From a virus, in IMG/VR virus record IMGVR_UViG_3300035698_019240, positions 28,056-92,055 of that record: 64,000 bases of DNA; one strand, given 5' to 3'. The position numbers were made by a program, and so were the translations under genes. Below are positions 38,056 to 48,225 of the stretch, piece after piece (the first letter of the stretch is position 1; the number at the start of each line of letters is the position of its first letter). The notes beneath the pieces are model-generated. The model saw only the letters and a list, made by a program, of their open reading frames with translations. It made no database searches and had not been told where the DNA came from.

Positions 38056-38610
38056 TTAGTCCCACCAACCCCTTATATGTTTTTTCATTATACCAAAAAG
38101 CATTGTTAAATCCTGTTCTTGAAGATAGTCAGCGTGTGTCGAACATCTCCTAAACCCTTTTCGTTCCTCCTCTTTTTCTTCAGGAGTGTTTGCTCCAGGT
38201 CGTATGATATCCAGACTTGACGTATCAGTACCTTCAATATCAGTGAATATAAAATCACCTTGTCCCCACTTTCTATCGTGGAATTTAAGGGAGTTGGTAA
38301 TATATTCGTCCTCTATTAGTCTGTCAAGAAGGTTCATACATATTTTTATTTTGTCTGCATCCTGTTTTGCTCGAATATGCATACCCCTATGTCTTATATT
38401 TTTTTCCATATCAGTTAATTTGAACCTAAGAATCTCATACAAAAAAGTATGGTCCCAGTATCTATCTTTCCAGATAACAGGAAACCATTTGACAAGGTTT
38501 TTTATACCTATCTTAATGTCCCGAAGGAAAGTTTGTTTATTTTCAAACCAATATATCAAATTATCTACCTGGAACCAGTAATCCTCTATGTCTTTTTTAT
38601 TAAATCTCAT
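38056..38610 (-). CDS. Phage hypothetical protein (WKDRYWD motif)
   Basis: ORF under its own early promoter. Confidence 0.65.
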   Translation of the reverse strand: MRFNKKDIEDYWFQVDNLIYWFENKQTFLRDIKIGIKNLVKWFPVIWKDRYWDHTFLYEILRFKLTDMEKNIRHRGMHIRAKQDADKIKICMNLLDRLIEDEYITNSLKFHDRKWGQGDFIFTDIEGTDTSSLDIIRPGANTPEEKEEERKGFRRCSTHADYLQEQDLTMLFGIMKKHIRGWWD

Positions 38611-38618
38611 ATATTATT

Positions 38619-38647
38619 ATTATACTACAAGAGAGGTCAAATGTAAA
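38619..38647 (-). promoter_or_regulatory. Early promoter
   Basis: GTTTACA-17-TATAAT. Confidence 0.8.
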
Positions 38648-38659
38648 CTAATTTTCCGC

Positions 38660-38695
38660 AAAAAAAAGGCCTGAGTAACGAATTACTCAGGCCTT
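38660..38695 (-). terminator. Intrinsic terminator after major capsid gene
   Basis: AAGGCCTGAGTAA-TTCG-TTACTCAGGCC-T8; UUCG loop. Confidence 0.92.
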
Positions 38696-38716
38696 CTAAT
38701 TATATTAAATTATCAA

Positions 38717-39955
38717 TTATGGCAGATTACTTACTGAACATTTTTGATAATAATTTGCGGCTCCAAATATATGACTATGGATGGCATATCTACTCATCAA
38801 TCCGATTGCTGGATTGAAAGAATCTTCAAACGTAGCTCTTGAAACAAGAAGCTGAATGTAAGGTAGATAAATGATACCAGTATCATACTCACTTGGTCCC
38901 TTATAACCTACGATGAATTGGTTACTTGTTTGGAAAGTATCACGATATACTGTCATTCTTCCGTCAAGGCTACCGATTCTTGCAACGCCAGTTACAGCTG
39001 TGTTAACATCTGCATTTACTGGTGCTACTGTAAAAGCTGAAAGAGTTTCAAATGCTGCACAAACTACAGGTGAACATACAGCCCAGTTACCTGCTCCACG
39101 TCTTGTGTTAATTGCGATTTGATTTGATAATCTTATAAGCTTGTTATAAAGATTTCTGTATTTTTCAATTTCCCAACGACCATCTGCGTCAGCTGGATTA
39201 TTGAAATCCCATGTACTTGTTGTTGCAATAGTGTCAATATTATATACGAGTTCACGATCAATTTCTGCGGTGATTTCGTATGCCAATATATCCATCATTT
39301 CTTCTTCAAGATCAAGTCCGTGCATAGCCTTTAAATCTTGAGCAACTTCTAATGACCAACGACTTCTAAGTTTACGGGTTTTAGCCTCAACTTGAGCCTT
39401 TTCAACAGTCATGTTTACTTCTTTTATATGATTACCAGCTCCAACGCCGATACCCATATCAATACCAACACCAGTACCTGCGGCTGAACCGAGTGCTTCT
39501 GCGGTTGCTACTGCTGTACCTGTACCAGAAGGTACAGAACTATCATAAGTACCTGTACCAGAGTATGTGTTATCTATTGTGTTATATCCTACTTCGGTGT
39601 TTGCGGCATCTGCATAGTTACCAGATGATGCTGCATCGCCCGCTGTAAATCTAAGTGCGAATGCCAGACCAACAGGGCCGGTCATTGGCTGTACACCTAC
39701 GATTTGATGAGCAATAAGCTCAGGGAATGTTCTACGAACCATTGGTACTGCGATCTTATGGAACATTGCGTCTCCAGAATATCCAGTTGAATCCGGATCC
39801 ATAGTTCCTCCACCATAAGAACTTGATGTCTCTGTCAAATATGCATGTTGATTCTCTAACATAAGTGCAGTAGATTTTCTAACTTTATCACTGGAAATTT
39901 CTCTTCCTTCTTCAAGAACGTCTTTCCATTTTTTTACTAAATTACTTAAATCCAT
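38717..39955 (-). CDS. Major capsid protein (gp23-like)
   Basis: MVRR..P.LIA..IVGVQPMTGP, AKTRKL...WSLE.AQDL.A.HGLD, RRGAGN. Confidence 0.97.
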   Translation of the reverse strand: MDLSNLVKKWKDVLEEGREISSDKVRKSTALMLENQHAYLTETSSSYGGGTMDPDSTGYSGDAMFHKIAVPMVRRTFPELIAHQIVGVQPMTGPVGLAFALRFTAGDAASSGNYADAANTEVGYNTIDNTYSGTGTYDSSVPSGTGTAVATAEALGSAAGTGVGIDMGIGVGAGNHIKEVNMTVEKAQVEAKTRKLRSRWSLEVAQDLKAMHGLDLEEEMMDILAYEITAEIDRELVYNIDTIATTSTWDFNNPADADGRWEIEKYRNLYNKLIRLSNQIAINTRRGAGNWAVCSPVVCAAFETLSAFTVAPVNADVNTAVTGVARIGSLDGRMTVYRDTFQTSNQFIVGYKGPSEYDTGIIYLPYIQLLVSRATFEDSFNPAIGLMSRYAIHSHIFGAANYYQKCSVSNLP

Positions 39956-39987
39956 TTTTCTTTTTTCCTCCTAAGATTATAATTTAC

Positions 39988-40842
39988 TTATATCTTGTTT
40001 GCTTTTAATGTACTTACATACTTTTTAACGTATGCTGCGAATGGACCTGATTCGTCCACTTTTTTCTTCTTGTCGTCGTCGTCGTCGTCGTCTTTAACTT
40101 CTGATTTACCCTTTCCTTTCTTATCATCATCGTCGTCGTCTTCTTCGTCGTCTTCTTTTATATCTTTTTTCTTCTTTTCATCGTCTTCGTCATCGTCTTT
40201 TTTCTTCTTTTCATCGTCTTCGTCGTCGTCGTCGTCTTTTGCTTTTTCTTCGGCCTTTTCAACAACTAGGTCAAACTTGCGATCAATTTCCTCAATGTCA
40301 ATAATGTCTTCCAACATATTAAAAACATGAGATTTTTGAGCCTCAGTTAAACCATCTGTTTTCTTTCTAAGATGAAGTTCCGCAGCCATTCTTTGATTGT
40401 CAAGTTCTGTATCAAGTTCTTTAGCAGTTTTTTCATCTAAACTACCACGTAGTTGCATGATCTCATCTTTTGCTTCTTTAAGAAGTCCTTTAACTTCCGC
40501 GTCAAGCATGCCCTCGTCAAGAGCTAAACGAACTTTAAACTGTTCAATAAGTTCGTGGTAGAGTTCGCCTTTCTTAGCGTACTCAAGAATTTTGTCAGGA
40601 ATTACCATTTCTTCGTCAATTACTGAGTCTACAAAGTTTGAAAATTTTGATGTTATTTCATCTTTATATTCATTAAACTTGCTTTCATAATCTTCAACAA
40701 GTTGGTCCTTTGCTTCAGTGATTTTAGATTCTGACATTTCTTTTGCCTTCAAGTCAATAATGTCTTGAAGTTTTGTCTTTATTTCCCCTTGTGCTGACTC
40801 GTCTAATTTATCAGCTCCGAGAAGTTTAAGAAGTTTGTCCAT
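39988..40842 (-). CDS. Prohead core scaffold (gp22-like) with D/K low-complexity tail
   Basis: Helical acidic protein between protease and capsid; TATAAATA at 40886-40893. Confidence 0.8.
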   Translation of the reverse strand: MDKLLKLLGADKLDESAQGEIKTKLQDIIDLKAKEMSESKITEAKDQLVEDYESKFNEYKDEITSKFSNFVDSVIDEEMVIPDKILEYAKKGELYHELIEQFKVRLALDEGMLDAEVKGLLKEAKDEIMQLRGSLDEKTAKELDTELDNQRMAAELHLRKKTDGLTEAQKSHVFNMLEDIIDIEEIDRKFDLVVEKAEEKAKDDDDDEDDEKKKKDDDEDDEKKKKDIKEDDEEDDDDDDKKGKGKSEVKDDDDDDDKKKKVDESGPFAAYVKKYVSTLKANKI

Positions 40843-40924
40843 ATAATTTCTCCTCCTCTTTATATTACTATATATAATTCATTATTATTTATAGTATTTA
40901 ATAAAATCCCAAAAACCTTTGGAA

Positions 40925-41457
40925 TTATTTAACCAGTTTACTTATTCGGTTCAAGTCACTCATCATTTCTCTTAATACTTTTTTAATTACTAAAGTATTA
41001 TTATTCTTTACAGCTAATGAAAGTTTGTCCATATATCTTTTTATACTTGGCATTTCCGAACTAATGGCACCTGATACACCCTTTTTACGGACCCGCATTT
41101 TAAGAATTTTATCAGATAAACCTATGCTATCAGGTGTAGTAGTCTCTAAGACCATTTTTATTTTATCTAATGTATCCATTTATAACCCTTTTATTCTATT
41201 TCATCTATAAACATATCCATATTACCACCAAATTCATCCCATAAATCTGTAAACTCATCAATAATACTATCAATAGCGATTTCTATGTCTTCACTTTTTG
41301 CCTTACCTTTAATACTTCTCAATCTTCCAAACATACTCTTCAATTTTTTTTCTTCTTTATCTAACATACCCATTATAGATTTTTTATCCACTTTACCTTT
41401 AGCTTCATTAACTCTTTTATTTTCATCCGCTCTTTTTAAATATTGTTTCATTATCAT
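40925..41457 (-). CDS. Two small head-region proteins (40925..41179, 41191..41457)
   Basis: Between gp21 and gp22; leader-like N-termini. Confidence 0.6.
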
Positions 41458-41469
41458 TTTAGTTACCTC

Positions 41470-42069
41470 CTACAAACTCTTTTCAATTTTTTCTATCACT
41501 TGCCAGATTTGTTTCTTATGGGCTTCTTTTGCATCTTCAAGAGTAAACTGTTTTTGTTCTTCTTTTTTAGCAAAACCTTTCCAACTTTTACCTTCATAAA
41601 TTCCATCAACCCATGATGGATGATTTGAAGGATCTGTAACAAGGTCCCAAGTTAAAAGATTATAATCTTCATTTACATAACCATCTTCATCAACAGTTCC
41701 AAGACCTCTACTTGATATACCCATTTTACCTTCTTTAACGAGTGTTTTTGCAATACTACCCATAGGCGTATCAAGAAGCTTTGCTTTACCATACACATCA
41801 TTGTTTTTCCATTCAAGTTGTGTAGTAAGTATAGCAATTTTATCAGGATTTACTTCTGGGTTAGGTGGATGTCCCAATTCACCCCAAAGAGATTTTCCTT
41901 TGACCTTTTCATTTACTTTTTCCACTTCTCTTTCAAGTATGGGTTTTTTGTAAACTCTATTGTTATTATTTTTGAGTTCCGCACTGCTGAAAATTCCAAC
42001 AATGTTAAGTCCTTTATTCTTAGATTCTGTTAGTTCAAAATCATAAGACATTTCAGTTATTAATAGCAT
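41470..42069 (-). CDS. Prohead protease (gp21-like)
   Basis: N.N.RVY, GELGHP, GISSRGLG, DLVTDPS. Confidence 0.95.
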   Translation of the reverse strand: MLLITEMSYDFELTESKNKGLNIVGIFSSAELKNNNNRVYKKPILEREVEKVNEKVKGKSLWGELGHPPNPEVNPDKIAILTTQLEWKNNDVYGKAKLLDTPMGSIAKTLVKEGKMGISSRGLGTVDEDGYVNEDYNLLTWDLVTDPSNHPSWVDGIYEGKSWKGFAKKEEQKQFTLEDAKEAHKKQIWQVIEKIEKSL

Positions 42070-42071
42070 AA

Positions 42072-42365
42072 TTAATCCTCTTCTTTTTTACCTTTGTATT
42101 CTGCATCTACTTCATCAAAGAATTTTTTCTTTTGATCTCCTTTGAGGTCTGCTGGAGAACTAACATCAAATTCTTTTAATTTCTTCTTAAAAAATATTTG
42201 ATACTCTGTTTCCTCGTTTACATCCTTTTTAAGTTCTAATTTATCTTTAAGAAATTCATCTCTTGATGTTGATATTTCCTTTGATAAAATTTCTTTAGCA
42301 TCTGTAAACTCATCATTCTCAAAATGGTCCAACGCTTTTCTTATTTTTTCTTTATTTATTGCCAT
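42072..42365 (-). CDS. Small prohead core protein (gp67/68 position)
   Basis: Between portal and protease; three overlapping TATAAATA at 42394-42413. Confidence 0.6.
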   Translation of the reverse strand: MAINKEKIRKALDHFENDEFTDAKEILSKEISTSRDEFLKDKLELKKDVNEETEYQIFFKKKLKEFDVSSPADLKGDQKKKFFDEVDAEYKGKKEED

Positions 42366-42408
42366 GTTTACATATTCTCCTTATACTAGTTTATATTTAT
42401 ATTTATAT

Positions 42409-43971
42409 TTATAAATTCTCTACTTCTTTAAGTCCTAATTTTTCATCTTTTGCCATTCCATCTACATTTGCTTTAATTTCATCATCACTATACTTCAAAT
42501 ATTTTTTCATTAACCAAGATTTACTAAATTCACTTCTATCTGCTAACATAGTATAGTTGCTAAACCTTGATTCCATAAAATTTTGTTCCATTTGCTCTCT
42601 ATAATTTGATGGAGGATTCATTCTTAGTTTTATTTTCTTATCATTTAAACCATATTGTTCCTTGATACCTTTAAATTCTAAATGTAAAAGAAATAGTTTT
42701 GTAAATTCTTTACAGAAGTTATTTTGTTGTCTTTCAAGAAACTTAGCCCACTTTACCTCATCTCTTGTTATTTCTGCTGTTTGACTACCACCAAACATTA
42801 TATCTCCGGATCTATTTTCTTCACCTGCGGTTACTCTTGACATAGGATATTTTAAGGCTCTATACATTTTTCTTGCAAAATAATAAACATCATCTAATTC
42901 TGTAAAACCTTTAGCGTCTCCACCAACAGTATCTATCTGACTACCACGACCTTCAGCGGATTGAGGCATATAATAGTTCTCTAATAAACTCATAATCTCT
43001 GGTGAATGTGATAATCTTCCAGAAGCCGGATCATAAGTTTGTTTTTTAGTCATTTTCTGTTTAATCTTTTCAACATATTTCAGGGCTTTATCTCTTGGCA
43101 TATTACCAGTATCTATTCTAAAAACAAGTCTTTCAGGAGCCCTTACAATTCTGTAAATTACAACAGAAGTTTCTAATAATTTTAATGTATTATGAGGTAT
43201 CTTTACCTTTTCAAGATATCCTAATATTTGTTGTTTATTTTTACCATAAATACCATAATTTATAAAACCTATTTGTTCAGGATTAAATATTACAACATCT
43301 TCTCTTTGTTGAGCTTCTTCTAATGTTTTAGGTTTTGCTGGACGACTTGAGAGGTATTGGAAAAAATATGTAATTTTACCACTTATAAGATTATAAAAAT
43401 AATCCATTGTTTCAGAAGGCAATTTTTTAATACTTATGATACCTCTTTTTGGTTTTCTTACATCAATTATTCTTTCATAATATAATCTACCATCTATCAT
43501 GTAAGTTCTAAAAAAGTCCCATATCTTATCTTCAATATGTAATTTCTCATAAAATAAATCATTAAACTCATTATTAATATTTCTAACCATATTATCATTT
43601 TTCTTGAGTTCTGGATCTAGTATGTCTAATTGAAAGGTTTTACCTTCATCGTTTTCCATTGTAGATTCATTTGTAGCATCCTCTATGACATCTCCGATTT
43701 CTGTCTGTTCTGCCATTTGTCTATAGCCGTATATTCTTGCTACTTCATTTTCAAAATCTTTGTTTATATACCTATCATAAAAACTATGAAAAGATTGAAT
43801 ACCTACATTTCCAAATCCTTGGACATTATAGATGTCTTCTATACCCTCACCTTTTTGAGCCATCAAAGCTCTTTGTTTAGTAGGCGAACTATTACCCTTA
43901 TTTTCAAAAGGTTTTATAGCTTCATCTATCTTTTCTTCTTTTTTAGAAAACCAATCACTGTAAAATGCCAT
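42409..43971 (-). CDS. Portal protein (gp20-like)
   Basis: IYRIVRAPER.VF.ID.GNMP..KA, ENYYMP..EG.G..I.T, ITRDEVKW.KF. Confidence 0.96.
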   Translation of the reverse strand: MAFYSDWFSKKEEKIDEAIKPFENKGNSSPTKQRALMAQKGEGIEDIYNVQGFGNVGIQSFHSFYDRYINKDFENEVARIYGYRQMAEQTEIGDVIEDATNESTMENDEGKTFQLDILDPELKKNDNMVRNINNEFNDLFYEKLHIEDKIWDFFRTYMIDGRLYYERIIDVRKPKRGIISIKKLPSETMDYFYNLISGKITYFFQYLSSRPAKPKTLEEAQQREDVVIFNPEQIGFINYGIYGKNKQQILGYLEKVKIPHNTLKLLETSVVIYRIVRAPERLVFRIDTGNMPRDKALKYVEKIKQKMTKKQTYDPASGRLSHSPEIMSLLENYYMPQSAEGRGSQIDTVGGDAKGFTELDDVYYFARKMYRALKYPMSRVTAGEENRSGDIMFGGSQTAEITRDEVKWAKFLERQQNNFCKEFTKLFLLHLEFKGIKEQYGLNDKKIKLRMNPPSNYREQMEQNFMESRFSNYTMLADRSEFSKSWLMKKYLKYSDDEIKANVDGMAKDEKLGLKEVENL

Positions 43972-43973
43972 AT

Positions 43974-44144
43974 TTAATAATCCTCAATATACGTTTTAAT
44001 TTTAAAGTTTAAAATTTCAGATGTATTTTTAAACCCTAAATGTTCACTTATTTTTTCAAAATTTAAAGTCTCGGAAGATTCTATAAATTTTAATTCTATG
44101 GATGTTATTTCAAAGTTTAAAGTTTCGGAAGTTATTACATCCAT
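43974..44144 (-). CDS. 56-aa protein of five 9-aa SETLNF-type repeats (not in ORF track)
   Basis: Manual translation; TAATG-coupled upstream, ends at the portal SD. Confidence 0.6.
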   Translation of the reverse strand: MDVITSETLNFEITSIELKFIESSETLNFEKISEHLGFKNTSEILNFKIKTYIEDY

Positions 44145-44431
44145 TATAACTCCACAACGGTCAATTCTGTAGTATGATAATATGTATAAGTATCTTTAAG
44201 AAGTCTCCATTTTATACTATACACGCCTATAGTTGATGTTACAACAGTATTTATAGTTATATATACCCTATTAACACTTATTGTTGCTGTTTGTTCAGCT
44301 ACCACCGAAACACCATCTTTTAAAATTTCAGCATATGCACCAGAAGGAGTAAAGCTTTGTCCGTCTTTGTCTCTTATAGTGAGTTCAACAGCTCTAACTT
44401 CATTCTTATTTAATGCCTGATAAGTTCTCAT
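44144..44431 (-). CDS. Small beta-sandwich-like virion protein
   Basis: Alternating beta pattern; late operon. Confidence 0.45.
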   Translation of the reverse strand: MRTYQALNKNEVRAVELTIRDKDGQSFTPSGAYAEILKDGVSVVAEQTATISVNRVYITINTVVTSTIGVYSIKWRLLKDTYTYYHTTELTVVEL

Positions 44432-44432
44432 G

Positions 44433-44918
44433 TTATATTTTTCTCCTTCCCATTACCTTTCTATATTTACTTATCAAAGATGAGATAACTTTTTTGCTAA
44501 AATCTTTTGACCAAGTTGATACAATTACATTTTCCATTTGATCAATAGGCACTTCTCGTAACTTTGTAATATAATAATTAGGTGAGAAAAAATATCTCCT
44601 TGTAGCTACCTTTAATTGTGGATATTTTCTCTTTACAGTTTCCCATGTAAATTTTGGATTACCGTTAGTTCTTTCAAATTCTCTAACCCATGATCTTGCA
44701 AATTGTTTTCTTATAGCTCTTGGAACATAAGAAAAATTTATACATTGAAATAGTCTCCATTGATGTCCAGTTCTTGCATGTATTCCTTCTATGGCATACA
44801 TTAAAATTACAGTAGGTTTTGGATCGTTTTCAAAGGCTTGATAATTAAAAGTATAAATGTGTCCTGTTTTCATTACTACACCTTTAAATCTTTTTTTAAA
44901 AACCCTTCTAAGTCCCAT
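44433..44918 (-). CDS. DNA end protector (gp2-like)
   Basis: G.IYTFNY..DPKP, F..INF.Y.P..R, RRY; adjacent to gp4. Confidence 0.6.
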   Translation of the reverse strand: MGLRRVFKKRFKGVVMKTGHIYTFNYQAFENDPKPTVILMYAIEGIHARTGHQWRLFQCINFSYVPRAIRKQFARSWVREFERTNGNPKFTWETVKRKYPQLKVATRRYFFSPNYYITKLREVPIDQMENVIVSTWSKDFSKKVISSLISKYRKVMGRRKI

Positions 44919-45379
44919 TATTTTTTACCTTTTCTAAACATTTGCTTCTCTGTAAGTACCTTAAATTTATAACCCATTTTGTTACACCATTTTTCCGCAG
45001 CCTTAAACTTAGCCTGATTAGTAAGGTATGTTGCCTCTTGGTATAACTTTGTTTTCGCCGATTTCTTACCTCTTTTACTTGGAGGTTTAGTCTCTTTATG
45101 AGGTTTGACTTCTATAACATATTCGTCAATTCCTCTTGGAGTTTTCATTCTAGTGAAAAAATCAGGATAATATCTCCGTTTTTTCATTTGTACGGGATCA
45201 TAGTATTGTATAACTATGTTCTCACTTGACCACTCAAGCACACCATTATTACAATCTAACCATTGACACATTAATCTTTCCCAGTGAGACCTTACCACAA
45301 TAGGATAAGACCCCACATACTTTTTGGGAAATTTAGGTATAAACTGTCCTTGATTATGTTTTTGCCTTTTTATAGACAT
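44918..45379 (-). CDS. Head completion nuclease (gp4-like)
   Basis: F.PK.PKKY.G, RS.WE..C.W.D, W.SE, YYPDF, IEVKP, KF.AA..C..G..F..LTE. Confidence 0.92.
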   Translation of the reverse strand: MSIKRQKHNQGQFIPKFPKKYVGSYPIVVRSHWERLMCQWLDCNNGVLEWSSENIVIQYYDPVQMKKRRYYPDFFTRMKTPRGIDEYVIEVKPHKETKPPSKRGKKSAKTKLYQEATYLTNQAKFKAAEKWCNKMGYKFKVLTEKQMFRKGKK

Positions 45380-45388
45380 ATTTTATTA

Positions 45389-45592
45389 CTATGTTATAAC
45401 TGCGTCTGTATTAATTTGAAACCATTCTGCTGCAGCTGCGCCATTATCTATACAAATATAAAGTACGGCAGATGTAGTATCTAACCACATTGTTCCTATA
45501 CGATATGAAGAATCTGCGGCTGTTGGTGCTGAATTCATTATAACAGTTTTTACTATGTCCGTTTTATAATTTTGTTCTGTTTGTGTTGACAT
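45389..45592 (-). CDS. Small fibre/decoration-type domain protein
   Basis: APT..D..Y.IG..WLDT....YIC.D....A.W motif. Confidence 0.55.
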   Translation of the reverse strand: MSTQTEQNYKTDIVKTVIMNSAPTAADSSYRIGTMWLDTTSAVLYICIDNGAAAAEWFQINTDAVIT

Positions 45593-45646
45593 TAAATGTC
45601 CTCCTTTGTTTTTTTTATTCTCTAATTAGAGAATTCTTTATTTTAC

Positions 45647-46482
45647 TTATGTTCTTCTTGTAATTCTCTTACCTGTAGCTGTTTTACCAGACTTAGCTTT
45701 TCTCTTAGCTAATTTAAGATGTTTTCTACCTGCAGCACTTTTTCTATAAATCTTTGCAGTTCTTTTAATTTTAGCTTTATTTTTCTTATAAGCTACTTTA
45801 TGAGCTCTTTTTTCTGTAGGTTTTATTCTTTTCAATTTGGCCGCTGCGGCATCTCCTAAGAGTTCTCCTTCATTAAGATCATTTTCAAACTCTATTATAT
45901 CAAATATTTCTCCTACAATTTCTCCTTGTTCCTCTGTTAATGTTTCCATGTCCAGAGATTCTATGAGTTTTATTGCTACATCATCAAAGGATATTTCTTC
46001 ATTATCATTTTCAAATCCTTTCATATGGTTCTCACTCAAGGCTCTTTTCATATAGTCTGTCATTTTCATATTGTTACTCCCTTATAATTTTACTGATATT
46101 ATCCATGGTACTTTACTTTTCTTTTACCTGTCAAAGTTTTACTTGCTGTAGCCATTATTTTTCTTTTTGTTTTTTGTACAGTTGCTTTACCTGTTTTTCT
46201 CAACTTCTTCCTATTTATCAATATTTTAGCTTTATTTCTTCTATAGTTCTTTTTGGCTGCCTGTTTTCGTTGTGACGATGTTCTGCCTGACATTTTAAGT
46301 TCTTTTAGTAACCCACCTTCTTGCATCTTTTCAAGAAAATCAATTACTTCATCATCAAGGTCAGGTATTATGGATTCTAATATATCATTATCAAGTTTGA
46401 GAAGGTCTTCCATATCCAGTTCAACAACTTCCAAATCTTCATTATGTTTCATCTCATTTATTATTAAATCCAAATCAATCAT
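45647..46482 (-). CDS. Two paralogous acidic-N/basic-C proteins (45647..46069, 46099..46482)
   Basis: Sharp charge switch; shared YxxNKAKI and KTxTGKR. Confidence 0.7.
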
Positions 46483-46491
46483 TATTTTCCT

Positions 46492-47507
46492 TTAATCACC
46501 AAATTTCATATACAAGAATTCCATATAATCGTCTACATCCTTACGATTGAATGCAAATTTACTCTTAAATTTCTTTATTGTATCTTCTGAAGCTTCTTCC
46601 TCAGCTCTTTCCATATCCATTTTAGTAAGTTCAACATCTTCGTCTTTATCTCTATATTTATCTTGATAAAACTCTTTTCTTATGTACCAATACCTTCGTA
46701 CAATGTTCATATTCTTACTATAAAATTCCTCAAAAGTAGGCTTAGTTGTCTCTGTAAGATATGTGTCAATTTTTTCTATTATATTAGTCATATTTTTCCT
46801 TTTAGTTGTTTATGTTTCGAAAACAAACTCTCTTTTCTTTTGTCTTGCCTTCTCTTTTTTCATCTCTACTTTTGTTTTTTCTTTAATGCTTTTTTACCAA
46901 GTGCTTTTACAAACGGACTTTCTTCTCTTGAACCATATGTGCCTCTACTTTTAACAGCTTTTGCCACTTTTCCTTTCTTTTCTTTTTCTATTTTCTTTTT
47001 AAGTAAGTGTGGTCTCTCAGCCGCAAATTCTTCAGGGTTCTCTTTCTTCCATTTACGAAACTCTCCTACAAATTTACCACTGACAAGCATTAACCAAAAG
47101 AGTGCATATACAGAAAATTTTGTCCAGTTAACCGCTTGATCGGGTTCAAATAATTTACCTAATTCTATCCATGATGTAAGTGCTGGAAAAAAAGCTAATG
47201 TAGGAAATCCTTCAAATTTTAACATTTCCCAGTAATGTTTCCAGTCTTCATTTATATCAGTTGATTCTTTTATAGTATCTTTACCTATTTGTGTCAAACT
47301 TTTATATCTTGTTCCAAACTGTTTATTGATAATTGTTAGTGCTCTGTCTTCTTGATCAGGTCTAATCATCTTAGCAATTTTATCCCAGGCACCTTTAAAT
47401 ACTTTGAATGCGGTCTTTTCAGTTTTACTTTTTAATTTCTTTAGAGCGGCTATAAATATATTCTCACTCAATTCCATATTTTCATTAAGATACTCTTCTA
47501 ATCTCAT
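46492..47507 (-). CDS. Two leader-bearing late proteins (46492..46791; 46866..47507 with two hydrophobic segments)
   Basis: MTNIIEKIDTYLTE; MRLEEYLNE. Confidence 0.65.
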
Positions 47508-47661
47508 TAATAATCCTCCATAAATATACTAACAATAACACATGGCAGAAACAGTTAGTTTTATGCCTATCACTAACTTCATTTCTATCTGGGTCATATA
47601 AATATCTTGTAAAATTGTTGTCTACAAGACCAGTAACCAACGAATAGTTTTCATCTGTCAC

Positions 47662-48225
47662 TTAATTTTTCTCCAATAATTTCCATCCTTCCATATTATT
47701 TATATAGTGATCATCAATATCATCTGGTTCACATGAAAACCAATCAATATTATTAAATTTTATCTCTACAAAAGAATAGGACCAAGCAACAAGGCTTGAA
47801 CATACTTGATTTCTGAAACTCTTATCCATTCTACTAAATTTGTTTGTAAAAAAAATATGATCTAAAAATTGTAAAAATATTCTTTTCCAACTATAAGGTT
47901 TACCAACTACAGTATTGCACGCTTCTATAAGTATACTCTTATCTTTATTGGTTAATTTTTTATATCTTATTATCTTATATTTTTTTGATCTCTTTCTTTT
48001 AAACACTTCACTCAACGATACTAATCGTACACTATTCTTTGCTTCAAATGCACTACTAGAATTTTTAACTAAAAGGCAATGACCCCATCTTACAGGATCT
48101 TTTTGAAAAAGATCCATAAATTTAACAATTAGGGAATCTTTTGATGTAAATATTATATCACCTGTATCCAATTTCATTATAGTTGTTTCTCTCTGTTCAG
48201 TGTTAATGTTACAGCTGCACTCCAA
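47662..48225 (-). CDS. Permuted papain-like NlpC/P60 (YiiX/YaeF-type) enzyme
   Basis: GDIIF, WGH, GKPY, VCSSLVA, PDD; His precedes Cys. Confidence 0.8.
   Translation of the reverse strand: MECSCNINTEQRETTIMKLDTGDIIFTSKDSLIVKFMDLFQKDPVRWGHCLLVKNSSSAFEAKNSVRLVSLSEVFKRKRSKKYKIIRYKKLTNKDKSILIEACNTVVGKPYSWKRIFLQFLDHIFFTNKFSRMDKSFRNQVCSSLVAWSYSFVEIKFNNIDWFSCEPDDIDDHYINNMEGWKLLEKN

Noticed and set aside
27997-39955. Inteins or introns in terminase, PrkA or capsid
   Set aside because: Lengths are ordinary, the frames are continuous and no splice motifs were seen
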